From Rhizophagus irregularis (taxonomy: Eukaryota): a DNA stretch of 64,000 nt. The DNA lies in assembly GCF_026210795.1 (NCBI RefSeq), contig NC_089434.1, positions 5,518,001 to 5,582,000 of the forward strand. Reading direction: 5' to 3'. A program made the position numbers and the translations under genes. Each line of letters opens with the position of its first letter. The first letter of the stretch is position 1. This document shows positions 26,940 to 39,395 of this stretch, one piece after another. The notes below the pieces were generated by a model. The model was not told the origin of the DNA. It did not search any database and saw only the letters and a program-made list of their open reading frames with translations.

Positions 26940-29006
26940 TTACTTTACATATTGAATAATAGTCTTGAGGTTCTTTTTGTATTCCCACACAACATGATTT
27001 AAGATATCATGTTGCGGACTAATTCCTGTTAAGTGATCTGGTTGGGATTCTCCACATTTTAATTCACTTTCACCATCTTTTTTATGCAAGTAGTATATCT
27101 TCCCTGGAATATATAGTTTTCTGTTGGTGCCTTCCAATTCATTTTTATTCAGATTCTATCATAATATTAATATTTACAAAAAGATAATTAATTCATTAAT
27201 TATTTGAATTAATATTACAATTTAACATTACATACCATTTTAGATATCTCTCTTAAATTTTCAAAACTCATTCTTGTAATAATATCATTTTCATTCACAA
27301 AATTATTAATAAAATCCTTGGTTCTAGAAGTTAAAGAAAATGAACAACATGGTGGGGTTGCAAAATTCCATGCTTGGGTATCAAACTCATGTTTTTGTAA
27401 AAGTATAGCTACAATAGATGACACAGCTGCGCCTAAAGAATGCCCAGTCACTTTAACAGAATAATTATTATATTTTTTAATTTTATCACGTAACTCATTA
27501 AAAATAATGTTTGCACTTTGATGCATTCCACAATGATAATAGTCTTCGCAATTATAATCTACATTGTATGCTTTAAGATCGATCAATATATCAGAAATAC
27601 TCTACAAAAAATATTGTTAATTAATAGATAAATTTTTATATATGTGTTAGAATAGAAAAGAACTTGGTTAAATCTTACAAGGGTTCCGCGGATACATATG
27701 ATAATGGATTTTTTTGGTTTATCTTCAATTATCATGTATGCAGGTATATTCTTTCTATTTTTGGTATAACAAATGAGTTTTTTACTACGACGTTCAAGAG
27801 ATTTTTTAATTTTGTTTTCAGCAAGAAGTCCTAGCATTGAATATTTCTAATCGAATATTATGATAAACTTGTTAGTAAACAAAAATGGTTAGTGGTCAAT
27901 AAATTCAGATTATATACAAGAACATACGTATAATATATTTGAAAATTTTAAGTATTCTAGGGCATCCTTTATTTTATTCTCAATAAGAGGAGGATATGTA
28001 ATTGGATGATCACTAAATAAATAATAACATCAATTAACAAGACTTCCCATATTAATATGTAAATAAATAAAATAAAAAAAAATATTACAGGCGTTTTTGG
28101 GTATCACAACTCCTAGATCTAAGAAGCTTGCATATTTCCATAATCCCGCCATCAAAATCCTCAAGAAGGAGTTGGACATCCCTAACATTAGAATGTGGTT
28201 GTAATTGTGTTCTGGAGGTATGCATACTTATTTTAATACGACCAATAATTTCTTGTGATCCTTTAGCTTTAAGATCAATAACACTGTTGTCATTAATATA
28301 AAATTAGTATAAAAAATATTTTTTCACTTGAATGATGAAACGTGTAGTGTAGGGTGGAAGTGTTGTGTAGTGTATGGCGCCCCATGTGACATCATACATA
28401 GGTGATAAATAATATAAATCGGCCAAAATTATCATAACGCGGGCTGGGATATTATTTATCACCTGAGTATATTCCACACTCTTATACTTTACCGCGTTAC
28501 ACACAGCTAAATATCACCATACACTACACATGATTTCGTCTTACCGTTCAATTTTTTGGTCCGGTTCTAAAAAATTTAATCGAATGGAACCACATCCAAT
28601 TGCTTTCCCATGAAGGTGATGTTCTCCAACTAGTTTCTGAAATTTCTGAAATTTCTGAGATTTCTGAAATTTTGATCGGATGTCATCAAGAGTATTTTCA
28701 ATTAATAAGGGTTCGTAAACTCTAAATTTTAATTTACTATGATACAACCATTCATCAGGGATATTAAGATTCTCTATACTCCCTTTAGAAACATAGGTAC
28801 ACTTATTAACAAACTTAAGTTTAGTCCATTTAAGTGATTGAGAACAAGTTATCTGTTCAATACGGACGGTAACCGCTAAACCTAATTAAATGAATGTGTA
28901 ATTAATATAGGTCAATGCATAATTAGTTATTAATTGTTTACTTTTTAAACCATAAGAATAACAAACATATATGAAGCTACAGCAGTATACCATTTAATGA
29001 TGACAT
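26940..29006 (-). CDS. Class 3 lipase (alpha/beta hydrolase) with possible C2-like N-terminus, 460 aa; exons 29006-28991, 28881-28545, 28283-28089, 28012-27928, 27846-27679, 27601-27236, 27155-26940
   Basis: Motifs IRGTLSISDILIDL, HCGM, VTGHSLGAA, NFATPP, VNENDIITRM, LYIPGKIY and C-terminal His; six GT-AG introns keep the frame (1383 nt). Confidence 0.9.
28330..28546. mobile_element. Degenerate palindromic MITE occupying lipase intron 2
   Basis: Shares blocks with 30919-31151 (GTGACAT..GTGATAAATAA; GTTACACAC..TCACCATAC.CTAC) and the terminus TTCGTCTTACCG. Confidence 0.7.
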
Positions 29007-29390
29007 TGATTTGTGTTTTCTCGATAGTTGTTTAAAATTTATAGCTAAACATTACAAGTCTAAGCGACCTTTATATAATAATACTAATTATATTCCAACA
29101 AAAAACCGGTTATGATACCAAATTTAATATTTAGATACATGAAAATACAGTATTATTATAACTAAAAATGAGGCGCCTATTACAAAATCGGCTTTATTGA
29201 AAAATCCACATTTCTTTGTTAAAATTAATAATAGACTAGTAGAGATTGGTATTATTCGTCCAGCTTTATATATAATACAGGACACGAAAATTGCTGTCAC
29301 AGATTATGCAGTCTACCCTTGAGATGGATATTGTAAAAATCTGAAGTATAGCCTCGCTCCTAAAGGGCTCGTCACACATTTAAATTATGT

Positions 29391-29896
29391 CATACAAGCA
29401 TTCATTTTTATGCATTCACCTTTCATTTAAATCTATGCTTTCGTACATGCGTCATGAGATAATTAGGTTTGTTGTAGCGATTATGCAGGTTCAAATGCAT
29501 AACAGTCACCACCCAAAATGTTGTACCATAGTATGTCGATCATTTACTAGCAAAATTTACTAAACCTGCATAATCGCTACTAATTACCTCATGGCGCATG
29601 CACGAAAGCATATACTCAGAATGAATTCTTGTTGTTTTTGGTATATAGAATTCAGTTTACCTATAACAGATAAGGGAATTAAAAAAGGGCGAAAAATCAT
29701 GCATAACAGTCACCGGACATGTCCACTAGCAAAATTTACTATGATTTTTTCGCCCTTTTATTTAATTCCCTTATCTGTTATAGGTAAACTGAATTCTATA
29801 TACCAAAAACATACAAGCATTCATTTTTATGCATTCACCTTTCATTTGAGTATATGCTTTCGTGCATGCACCATACAGGTTTATGCATAACAGTCA
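29391..29896. repeat. Alternating-orientation repeat (double hairpin)
   Basis: 29562-29700 is the reverse complement of 29741-29884; 29391-29496 is a partial forward copy; linkers stay in direct orientation. Confidence 0.88.
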
Positions 29897-30918
29897 TTTG
29901 TTAGGGCTTAATTTGTTGAAAAAAAAATTTATTTAAAATTGTTTCTCAGTATTATATACAAAAAGGATATATTATAACTTTGATAAAAAAAAAAAATATA
30001 AATAGTTAAATCAAGAAATGATCATCGTGCATCATTTGCTTGAAAAAAAAAGGAAAAAAAAAATTTTTTTAATAAAACTAATAAAACCAAAAAAGCAAAT
30101 TAAAATAAAAACAATCAGTCTAAATTTGTTTATATTGAACAAAAAATTTATGATTTTATTTCATATTCTTAACCCAGTAATCCATATATCAATGAATCAG
30201 AATTGACACATTTAGAGGCTTATACTATTATGAATTGAAAAAATTTTAATTTTGTTATAGGTCCAAGTTTCATAGATGCAAAATAAAAACACTCAGTTAA
30301 TTACGTTTCTTGATATCCTTAAATAATAATTATTAAATTATTTTATTATGATAAACGGCGAATTTTTTTTCTTCAAAATTATTAATTTAAGTACGAATTA
30401 ATATTCGATGCAGGAGTGTTACACAATTCGTTTATTTTATGCGTCTTGAGAGACAAATTGTCTTCATATTTATTAGTCAATCGACTCTGCTAGAATTTTA
30501 CAATGAATTTAAAGATATACTGATATACTTTATTATGAATTTAATCTTCTTGTAAAATTAATATGCATGCACGTCATCTCAAGATTGTCATCTATAATCC
30601 TTATTCGGTAATGTACTAGTGTTGCAATAACTGTGTGTAATCTAATCAACATATGCGTTAACACGGGGAAGAATTTTAGAGGTTGTACTATACCATTTGT
30701 TGCTTCGAAAATGAAAAAATCTATTAAGATAATTAATTTGTAAATATCTTCTTACTTGATGATTTTTAGCTTTTTTTTTTACGAAAAAATTCAGCTCCCT
30801 GAATTTCACAAATATAGAGGGATGCAAAAATTACCAATCATTCAAATCACAGTATCAATTATTATTATCAGTTATGATATTTACAATTTATTTACAACTT
30901 AATAAACCTGTAATTTAG

Positions 30919-31151
30919 GAGTGCTACGAAAAGGTGTAGAGTAGTGCCCCCGTGGTGAGTAGAGTATAACGAGGAAGTGACATTATACTCAAGTGATAAA
31001 TAAACACCTCGGCCCAAGCTCGGCCCAGCGGTTTGGCCAGGTGTCTATTCATCAATTGCGTATGTTTCACACCCTTTATGTTACACACTGCCAAATGTCA
31101 CCATACTCTACTCACCACGGGAGCACTACTCTACACCTTTTCGTCTTACCG
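30919..31151. mobile_element. MULE-like palindromic MITE (233 bp)
   Basis: ~42-bp near-perfect inverted repeats ACGAAAAGGTGTAGAGTAGTGC..; perfect 9-bp TSD GTAATTTAG (30910-30918, 31152-31160). Confidence 0.85.
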
Positions 31152-32157
31152 GTAATTTAGCTGGTGTAAATATTCACATATAATAAAAATATTGTTTTCC
31201 GTATTTTACCATTTTTTCAAATACAAATTTGTCGGATATCTTGGTGCATTTTTGTAACGAAGTACTAAAAAAAAAAAAATTTTTTAACAATCAGAGAAAA
31301 ATAAAAACAAAAATAATTTCTTTGTAAATTTTTTTTTTTAATTTTAAAATTTTATTAAATCTATTTCTATTTTATTTAAATTTAATAAAATAACTATATT
31401 TTTCATATAATTTTTGTAATAAAGAAAACAATAATACTGCATTATGTTCGCTCTATAATTAATCAATAATAACGATTGACTTGTGGATCAATTCCTTAAA
31501 TTAAATTCGTATTAGCCATTGTTGATCTGATAATTATATTACGTTACGTTAATAAAGATCATACGATGATCGGCTGAATGGTAACTGATTTCAGTTCTTC
31601 GATAGAAATGATGTATTTGTTTTTTTTTTTATTTTCAACATATGCATGTGATGTTTCAAAACATACAACCAAATATGATTACATTGATCAACATTGTACA
31701 GGGTGCTAGAATATATGAGGGTGAAAAAAAGTTCGCCTGCAAACTTTGAAGTTTAAATCGGAAAATTTATGATGAATGTAAGTATTGATCTGCAAAGGAT
31801 CTTGGTAAGTTCTTTGTAGAAGAAATAAATAATTATCAACCATTAATTAATAAGAGTAAAATAATAATCTATTTTTTAATCATTGTATTCCATGGTACAT
31901 TATCTATAATCGGTTTATTAATACAACTTTAATATTTGTTTCATGCATATGTTTTAAATAATTATCCCTTTATTAATTTTCTTTCAACAAAAAGCCTTCT
32001 TTTATTTAATATATACTTAATCTGTATAATTATTGAACAAAAAAGAACTCATTATGTTGATTTTACGCCACTGACGCGCGATTTTTCTATTTGTTTAAAG
32101 TAGAAAATTTATTTTCGTGTTTACTTTTTTGAAAAAAGAAAAGGTATTACTCATACA

Positions 32158-32424
32158 CATATCGGACGATAGAGGAATTCCCTAAAATTTTGGGGATATT
32201 TTTGTGATCAATTGTCAGCCAATAAATTAAACTACATTTATTATATATATACTCGCAAGAAACTCATCTGTTATAAACAAATGGGACAATGGGTTAGACG
32301 TGATTTATATATAATAATATACATAATAAAAAGAGGGTTAGACGCGATTCTATATAAGTAAAAGAATCAGATTACGTAATATTAATAGACAATTAAGGCC
32401 CAATTTCTCCAATCAGCCGATATG
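32158..32424. mobile_element. Possible MITE, absent from the paralogous site at ~43320
   Basis: Imperfect TIRs CATATCGGACGATAGAGG / CTCCAATCAGCCGATATG; no clear TSD. Confidence 0.45.
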
Positions 32425-33666
32425 ATAAACTCATCATTAATTCATCATCATTCATCATCATTAATTTATGATTGTTCTTCTTTCTATTAACAATCTCTTG
32501 ACTTTTGTTATATGTTTTCGTTACTGCGTAAGTTTCATAATATTATATAAAAGCAGCCATTTAATTCTCGAAAAAAATCTTTATAAGAATTTCATGAAAT
32601 GAAAAAATTCAATTATGCCCGGCCCGTTGTTAAAATTATATTTAAATTATGTTTAATATATACATAAAATTATGATTCATAAGCTTTTTCCTCCCATCAA
32701 AAAACCAAAAACACAAAAATAAAATAATAATAATAAAAATGACGAGAAAAGTTCGGCAGGTTAAACGAATGAATTAAATTATAATTCGTTTTTTTTTGTA
32801 CAAATAGAATTCCGTAAAACGATTAAGATTTTTACTGGGTTACAAAATTTTAATGGTTTTTTTTTCTATATCTCTCCACCTTATCTTCCTCCCTTTTCAT
32901 TTTATTTTCTTTTATATCTCGGAGTCTAATTCGTATTTACTATTTCCGATTGCCGTTGAAATTTCTGTTTTTTATCTTTTTGAACGTTATTTTTTTTTTA
33001 AAGTTATTTTTTAAAGTTATTTTTTGAACGTTATTTTTTTTGAATGAACGTTATTTTTTTTTCTTCTCTCGTTCTGCTTCTTTTTGTTTTGTTTTGTTTT
33101 TATTTTCATTTATTATTATCTTCATTTTATTAGTCTTTTATTTTTAATAAATTTATACTTATCGGGTTATTTCACGTGAAAATTCTTAAAAAAATTCAGG
33201 ATATTTTCCTGAGATTCTTTTTTCATAAATGTTTACAATGTTGCATAATTTTCTCAAGAATGTTTAAACTTTTTTGAATGATATTCTATTGACATCTATA
33301 AAAAGAAAATAATATAAATTTTCTACTTAAATCGTGACAGCAACAAATAAATCCTCAACATATAATCTCTACGTAATTGTCTTGATGAAATTGAACACGA
33401 ATCGCTTGCTTAACTAAAATTCTTTATTTATTCTTATAAAATATAGTTAAAAAATTCGATAAAATGTAATAAATAGATGATAAAATTTTTTCGTCTAAGT
33501 ATAGTTTATAATACTTCAATATCGGGCACTAGAATCTTTTTTTGTTAGTAATACGCGGCAAATTCAATGAAGTCTTACCGTAAAAAGCTCTGTCATGTGA
33601 TACCCAACAATTATTGTAATAATTTTTTTTCACGTGCCAATAAGTAATTGTTATCAGTCATGTTGT

Positions 33667-33860
33667 TAGGGATGGGATCAGTTCGTCGGCTCTATTTCGG
33701 TCATAATTTTGATGACAACCCGATTTGGATCGAACCGGTTCGGAGCCGGATCGATTTTTAGAACAACTTCCCAGAGTGTTTCAAGTTCAGAATCTGCTAA
33801 AATTAGAATCGGTTCCAGAACCGGTTTGGAACCGCTCTGTTTGGAACTTCCCCATCTCTA
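33667..33860. mobile_element. hAT-like MITE (194 bp)
   Basis: TIRs TAGGGATGGG / CCCATCTCTA; perfect 8-bp TSD CATGTTGT. Confidence 0.88.
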
Positions 33861-33894
33861 CATGTTGTAGTTAATAACTGATTTACCACTAGGA

Positions 33895-34273
33895 CAGAGA
33901 CCCGGGAAAATTCCATTTTTATAATAAATGAATAAATCGGAATTTTTGCTGTATTATGGAATAAACCGGAATTTTTATGATTTTTAACAATTTTATTCCG
34001 TCACGTGACAACTAGCCAATCATTATTGCATATTTTATTGACTATATCGTGATAGAATTTGTAAAAAAACTAGTAATTAGTAAATTGTTGATCATTTAAA
34101 TCGTTTTTGGCTAAAATTATTGTCGTGTCACTAGATCAACCTAAGTTGGCCTGCATTAAGATGTAAGCCGGCTAGAATTATCAAATATTTCTTACTATAA
34201 TTTTTTATCGGAATTTTTTCCGTTATCGTGATAAAAATTTGCGATTTAATATCGGAATAAATCCGGGTCTCTG
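33895..34273. mobile_element. hAT-like MITE (379 bp)
   Basis: Perfect 11-bp TIR CAGAGACCCGG; perfect 8-bp TSD CACTAGGA. Confidence 0.9.
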
Positions 34274-35744
34274 CACTAGGATTGCTATGTATATCATGTG
34301 GCCGAAGGCCACATGATAGAGTAGCATAGTGTAAATCAGTTATCGTAAATATGACTGATAATAAAGTTATTGGATATGTATGACGTAAGCAACTGAGACC
34401 TTTTTCGTGTATCTTATTTATTATTTTATAATAAAGTGATCAAGATTTTGTATATCGCTAATTATAAAGTGACCAAAATTTGTGTATCACTATTATAAAG
34501 TGATCAATAACATACGTGAAAAATGTCCAATGCTTACATAGAACATATACAATAATGTGTCTTATCTGTTATTTTAAAATCAAATTTGAATTTATAATAA
34601 TTAGGTACTTGTAATTACATATTCAATTATATATTTTATTTAATTATTAAATAAAATAAAATAATATTTGATATGAAAAAAAAAAAATAATAAAATATTT
34701 ATTTTTTTGGCTAATATAATTGCTTTATCATATAATAACCTAAAAAAATGGATTGAAAACCCAATAATCGAAAAATTAATTATATTAAAAATATTTTTCA
34801 AAAGAATTCATTACTGCATGCATTCGACCGGGTCGCATTATCACACTACAGATTATCAATTAAATAAAATGTTTAAACTCATAATAAATGATTCTGGATT
34901 ACCTGAAAATACTGAGAATAATATAGATAATATTAGCGTGACAAATAAAAAAAGAAAAAGATCCGTTAACAAATAAATTACGCGTTACCATGATGATCCT
35001 TCAAGTATAATACGATAAGCATTAATTTTTTAAAAAAAAATAGTATTGTTTTTTAATACTTAAAAAAAAATGTTTTTTGTACAATTAATTTATTACCAAA
35101 TGAAATTTTATTAGAAATATTAGAAAATTTAATAAATTATATATACAAGCTACAAATATGTTACGTCTTTAAAAATTGTGTGTAAACGCATGAATACAAT
35201 AAAATATTATAGGTTAAATCTAGAATTTAAGTATTTAACGAATTATCGTATGGTCACTATGGTTGAAACTTGAAAGTATAGCATTACACAATTATTACAA
35301 TTATTGAACGTATCATAAGAGATCTGATACAGTAATATAATAATTACAGAGTTAAGGAAATTTAAAAATGCAAATATTAACGTTAGTGTCTATTTTATAA
35401 ATAAATAAATTACTGCATTCTTATTACCTTCAAACTTAGTATTATTATTTCATTTATTTTAAAAAACAAATTACTTGAAAAAATTTTTTGCGAGTGCCAT
35501 TAATGAGAGTTCATCCGATCATATTGCACTATTTTCAAAAGCTAATCATATCAGATATATATTAGAATTTTTTTGATATTGTTTCTAAATAGTTGAATTG
35601 TCGGTTAAAATTTGTATCTGTCTTGAATGGGCCTAGAGTGTCTGTAGGAATTTGCATAATTTTTGAATATTTGCGACAGTTTATAAATGGCGTTACCGAC
35701 TAATTTTTCTTATTTTTTTTTTTAAAAAAATGGTTTAAATATTA

Positions 35745-36670
35745 TATAATTTCGTATTAACTCATTAACTTTTAAAAACAAAATAAAATAAAAAAATGAA
35801 TTTCATTTTCAAATTTATGTCGATCCGTTTATCATGTGGACTGTGGACTTGCGGAACCTGGTGACGCAAACTAGATTAAGAAGTAGAGTACTTTGTAATC
35901 TTTTACTATCTATATTTTTTTTAAACAAAAGAAACCGGCTTGTCATTTTATCGCCTGATTCCCATATCAATCAATCATTTGCATTTATTATGTTTGATAT
36001 AAATGGTGCACTTTATTATATAATTTCGTACTTTCAAATTTATGTCGATCCGTTTATCATGTGAACTGTGGACCTGCGGAACTGAGTACGGTTAGCTAAA
36101 CTGTACTGTACGAAGTGAGAACTCACCAATCAGATTTTATTGTACGATAAATAAAAAAAATTTAAAAGTATACAATGAGTTATGATTGGCTAAAATATTT
36201 TCGTACAGTACAGTTTGACCGTACAATACAGTTTATCTATTTACCTTGCGGTACCTAGTGGCGCAAACTAGATTAAGAAGTAGAGTACTTTGTAATCTTT
36301 TACTATATATATTTTTTTTTAAACAAAAGAAACCGGCTTGTCATTTTGTCGCCTGATTCCCATATCAATCAATCATTTGCATTTTATTATGTTTGATATA
36401 AATGGTGCATTTTATTATATAATTTCGTACTAACTCTTTAACTTTTAAAAACAAAATAAAATAAAAAAATGAATTTCATTTTCAAATTTATGTCGATCCA
36501 TTTATCATGTGGACTGTGGACTAGTGGCGCAAACTAGATTAAGAAGTAGAGTACTTTGTAATCTTTTACTATCTATATTTTTTTTAAACAAAAGAAATCG
36601 GCTTGTCATTTTATCGCCTGATTCCCATATCAATCAATCATTTGCATTTTATTATGTTTGATATAAATGG
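35745..36670. repeat. Tandem triplication of the 7-TM gene upstream region, with a MITE-like insert at ~36083-36243
   Basis: Three copies of TTCAAATTTATGTCGATCC...GCAAACTAGATTAAGAAGTAGAGTACTTTG...ATGTTTGATATAAATGG; the insert has inverted AAACTGTACTGTACGAA / TTCGTACAGTACAGTTT. Confidence 0.85.
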
Positions 36671-36801
36671 GAAAAATTAATTTTATGTAAAACAACAAAT
36701 AACACGAGAAATTTCAAACAAAAAAAAAAAAATTATAAAAGATAGAAAATCTAAAAAATTTTTTTTATTCAAACTATCTCAATTCGTGATTATGTACAAA
36801 A

Positions 36802-38280
36802 ATGTCATCATCTAATTCATCTTATAATCCAGCTGAAGAAACAATTAATTCAATTCTCACTGGATTACTTCCAGTATTGATAGTTGGTCTGTTTAATGGT
36901 TTTGAAGATGGTAAAAAAAAGAAATTATCTGTGATAAATATATTTGATGATTTTGTTATATTTGCATCTATTGTCATATATCCTTTAATTACAGCAATTG
37001 AGTGGTATCAATATTATAGCAACTATTACAAAAAAACAGTTATTATAAATTACACCTTTATAGCATTTTTTGGAATAATTTCATATATCTATTTCTTATT
37101 GGTTCAATACATAAATGAAGAGAATGAAAAGAATGAAGAAGAAAACAATGAAAATGTAAGCTCGGTTGAAGAAGAAAAAAAAATTGATAAGAGAGGAAGT
37201 AATGAAATAAGTATAAATGTGGATAATGAAAATGGAAACAACAAAAATGGAGAGAATGAAAAGAATGAAGAAGAAAACAATGAAAATGTACTAAGCTTGG
37301 TTGAAGAAGAAAAAAAAATTGATAAGAGAGGAAGTGATGAAATAAATATAAATGTGGATAATGAAAATGGAAACAACAAAAATGAAGAGAATGAAAAGAA
37401 TGAAGAAGAAAACAATGAAAATGTAAGCTCGGTTGAGGAAGAAATAAAAATTGATGAGATAGGAAGTGATGAAATAAGTAAAAATGTGGATAATGAAAAT
37501 GGAAACAACAAAAATGAAGAGAATGATGAAAAAATAAATGGGAGAGAAATAATCAAAATAATCATAAAAGCGTTATTTGAAAGATCTATAAATGAAATAC
37601 AATTGTTAGCTTGCTACTTCATTTTTGTGCTTACTATTTCAACATATTTTGGGTATGATGCCTTTATCCATGGTGATCATGATCTCTCGTTTGGTTTTAA
37701 TAACCCTAACAAGGTTTATAATCACATGAGTAGTTATTGCATTGAAAACTTTGGAGTTAACAAATGCAACAGTTTGAGGCTAACAAATATAATAATATAC
37801 TTTGCTGGAATTGTATTTTATGTTTTACATGGGCTTTATATCTCAATTTTACGCATTCGCAAACTTCGTGAAGGCAAATTGGGACGTTACTTAGAAAACT
37901 TTAAACATATCGATCAATTCACTACAATCTTAAATGTTTTTAAACATATCAATATAGTGTTATTAATTGTTTATCCAGCTATTGTATCTGGATATTTAAT
38001 TAGCACCAGTCCTATTACCACAAAAATAGCTTTTGGAATTTGTACTTTATCTTTTACTAGATTAGTTGACCATTTTAATGAAAACCCTGATAAAATCAAT
38101 ACATTAATCTCCATTTATCTGAATGGCGAAGGAAATAGTAAAGATAAAGAGCAAATAGATAAACTAACAGAAGAGATAGAAAAACTAACAAATAAGATAA
38201 ACAATCAAACAAACGTGATATATAATCTAAGAAATGAGATAAAAGAGAATAAGCTGAACAAAGTGGAAAACGTGAATTAA
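36802..38280 (+). CDS. Predicted 7-TM membrane protein (paralogue 2, 492 aa) with triplicated acidic loop
   Basis: Intact ORF; same TM pattern, Cys pair YCIENFGVNKCN and coiled-coil tail; 44/45/44-aa repeats at 37114-37512. Confidence 0.92.
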   Translation: MSSSNSSYNPAEETINSILTGLLPVLIVGLFNGFEDGKKKKLSVINIFDDFVIFASIVIYPLITAIEWYQYYSNYYKKTVIINYTFIAFFGIISYIYFLLVQYINEENEKNEEENNENVSSVEEEKKIDKRGSNEISINVDNENGNNKNGENEKNEEENNENVLSLVEEEKKIDKRGSDEININVDNENGNNKNEENEKNEEENNENVSSVEEEIKIDEIGSDEISKNVDNENGNNKNEENDEKINGREIIKIIIKALFERSINEIQLLACYFIFVLTISTYFGYDAFIHGDHDLSFGFNNPNKVYNHMSSYCIENFGVNKCNSLRLTNIIIYFAGIVFYVLHGLYISILRIRKLREGKLGRYLENFKHIDQFTTILNVFKHINIVLLIVYPAIVSGYLISTSPITTKIAFGICTLSFTRLVDHFNENPDKINTLISIYLNGEGNSKDKEQIDKLTEEIEKLTNKINNQTNVIYNLRNEIKENKLNKVENVN

Positions 38281-39150
38281 GAAATGAAAAAAATTGAAAT
38301 AGGAACTAAAAAAGAACAAAGGAGCGAAAAAAAATATATTGAATGTGGTATTTAGTTTTTTTCAGGAAATATAGAGGTATAAAATGGTAGCTAGTTAAAT
38401 ATATAATTCTGTAAAAATTTATGTCATTTATAAATATTACATGTATATATATCATATATTTTATCTTCAATTAAATATTGTAAGATTTATTATCACATTA
38501 ATAAACAAAGTGTTAAAGTTAACTTTCTTTTAATGGCTCGCATATGCGTTATTATTATTTGGATGAAGTTTATATTGTGTAGTACATAAAAAATTTATCA
38601 TGTGATCAATATGTAATTTTATTGGCGGGTAAGTTTATCACGTGACTGAGAACTTAAATAAATTCTTTAATTACTCTCCCTTAAAAGTCAACTAATCAGA
38701 TGTCACGATTTTATATATAACCTTTTTTTATTAATAAACAATAAACAATAAACTCCGGGTCCCTGGTCAATTTTAAATTTCAATGTTATGTGAACCGAAA
38801 AATTGAATTTGTGTTGTGAAACTGTTTGCGATTAGTGAAATGTTTCGCCTATTTTGAGTTTCAGTTTTGGCTATTCCGAAACTGTCAAAACCTGGTGAAA
38901 TGTCTGAAACCTAGCAAAACTTCCGAAACTCAGCGAAACTAAAATTGTCATGCATGTCATAATTGGTTGTTAAATAAGTTTCATATCCAAAATCCAGTTG
39001 TAGATTACACGCCCGTTCATTCAATTTACATTAAATTTTAAATTTCAAAATCGCAATCTAAATTCTTTTTATCATTCGTGTTTTCATATTTATTTATTTT
39101 ATTCGCTTTAGTTGGAATATTAAATAAATTATATATATATATACTATATA

Positions 39151-39395
39151 CTAGCCGTTGAACCCGTCAACCCGTTGCTCCGCCGCAACGTCAGATAAAC
39201 ATACACGTGATCGGTACGACGGTTAAATGTTATACGCGATTTTATACAGTCTTTCGGGTGCACAGGTATAAATTCGTAGTCTAAACATTACGGATACACA
39301 GGTATAAATTGTAGTCTAAACGTTACAGGAACACAGATATAAATATGTAATCTAAACGTGACTGTCACACAGGAAAACAATTATTATATAGTAGA
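39151..39395 (-). mobile_element. Non-autonomous Helitron (245 bp)
   Basis: Minus strand begins TCTACTATATAATAA and ends with hairpin CGTTGC-GGCGGA-GCAACG ... CTAG; inserted between A and T with no TSD; internal ACACAGGTATAAAT..GTCTAAAC repeats. Confidence 0.85.

Larger units (their letters stand above)
31858..38566. repeat. Segmental duplication unit A (direct copy at ~43010-48208), includes a 7-TM gene
   Basis: Colinear similarity from TTTTAATCATTGTATTCCATGGTACATTATC to GCATATGCGTTATTATT..TGGATGA, interrupted by copy-specific indels. Confidence 0.9.

Noticed and set aside
28304..28504. 66-aa ORF within the lipase locus
   Set aside because: Lies in intron 2 / MITE; the spliced frame is complete without it.
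29591..29890. 99-aa ORF
   Set aside because: Spans an inverted repeat; likely incidental.
37104..37565. 153-aa minus-strand ORF
   Set aside because: Antisense shadow of the purine-rich repeat in the 36802 gene.
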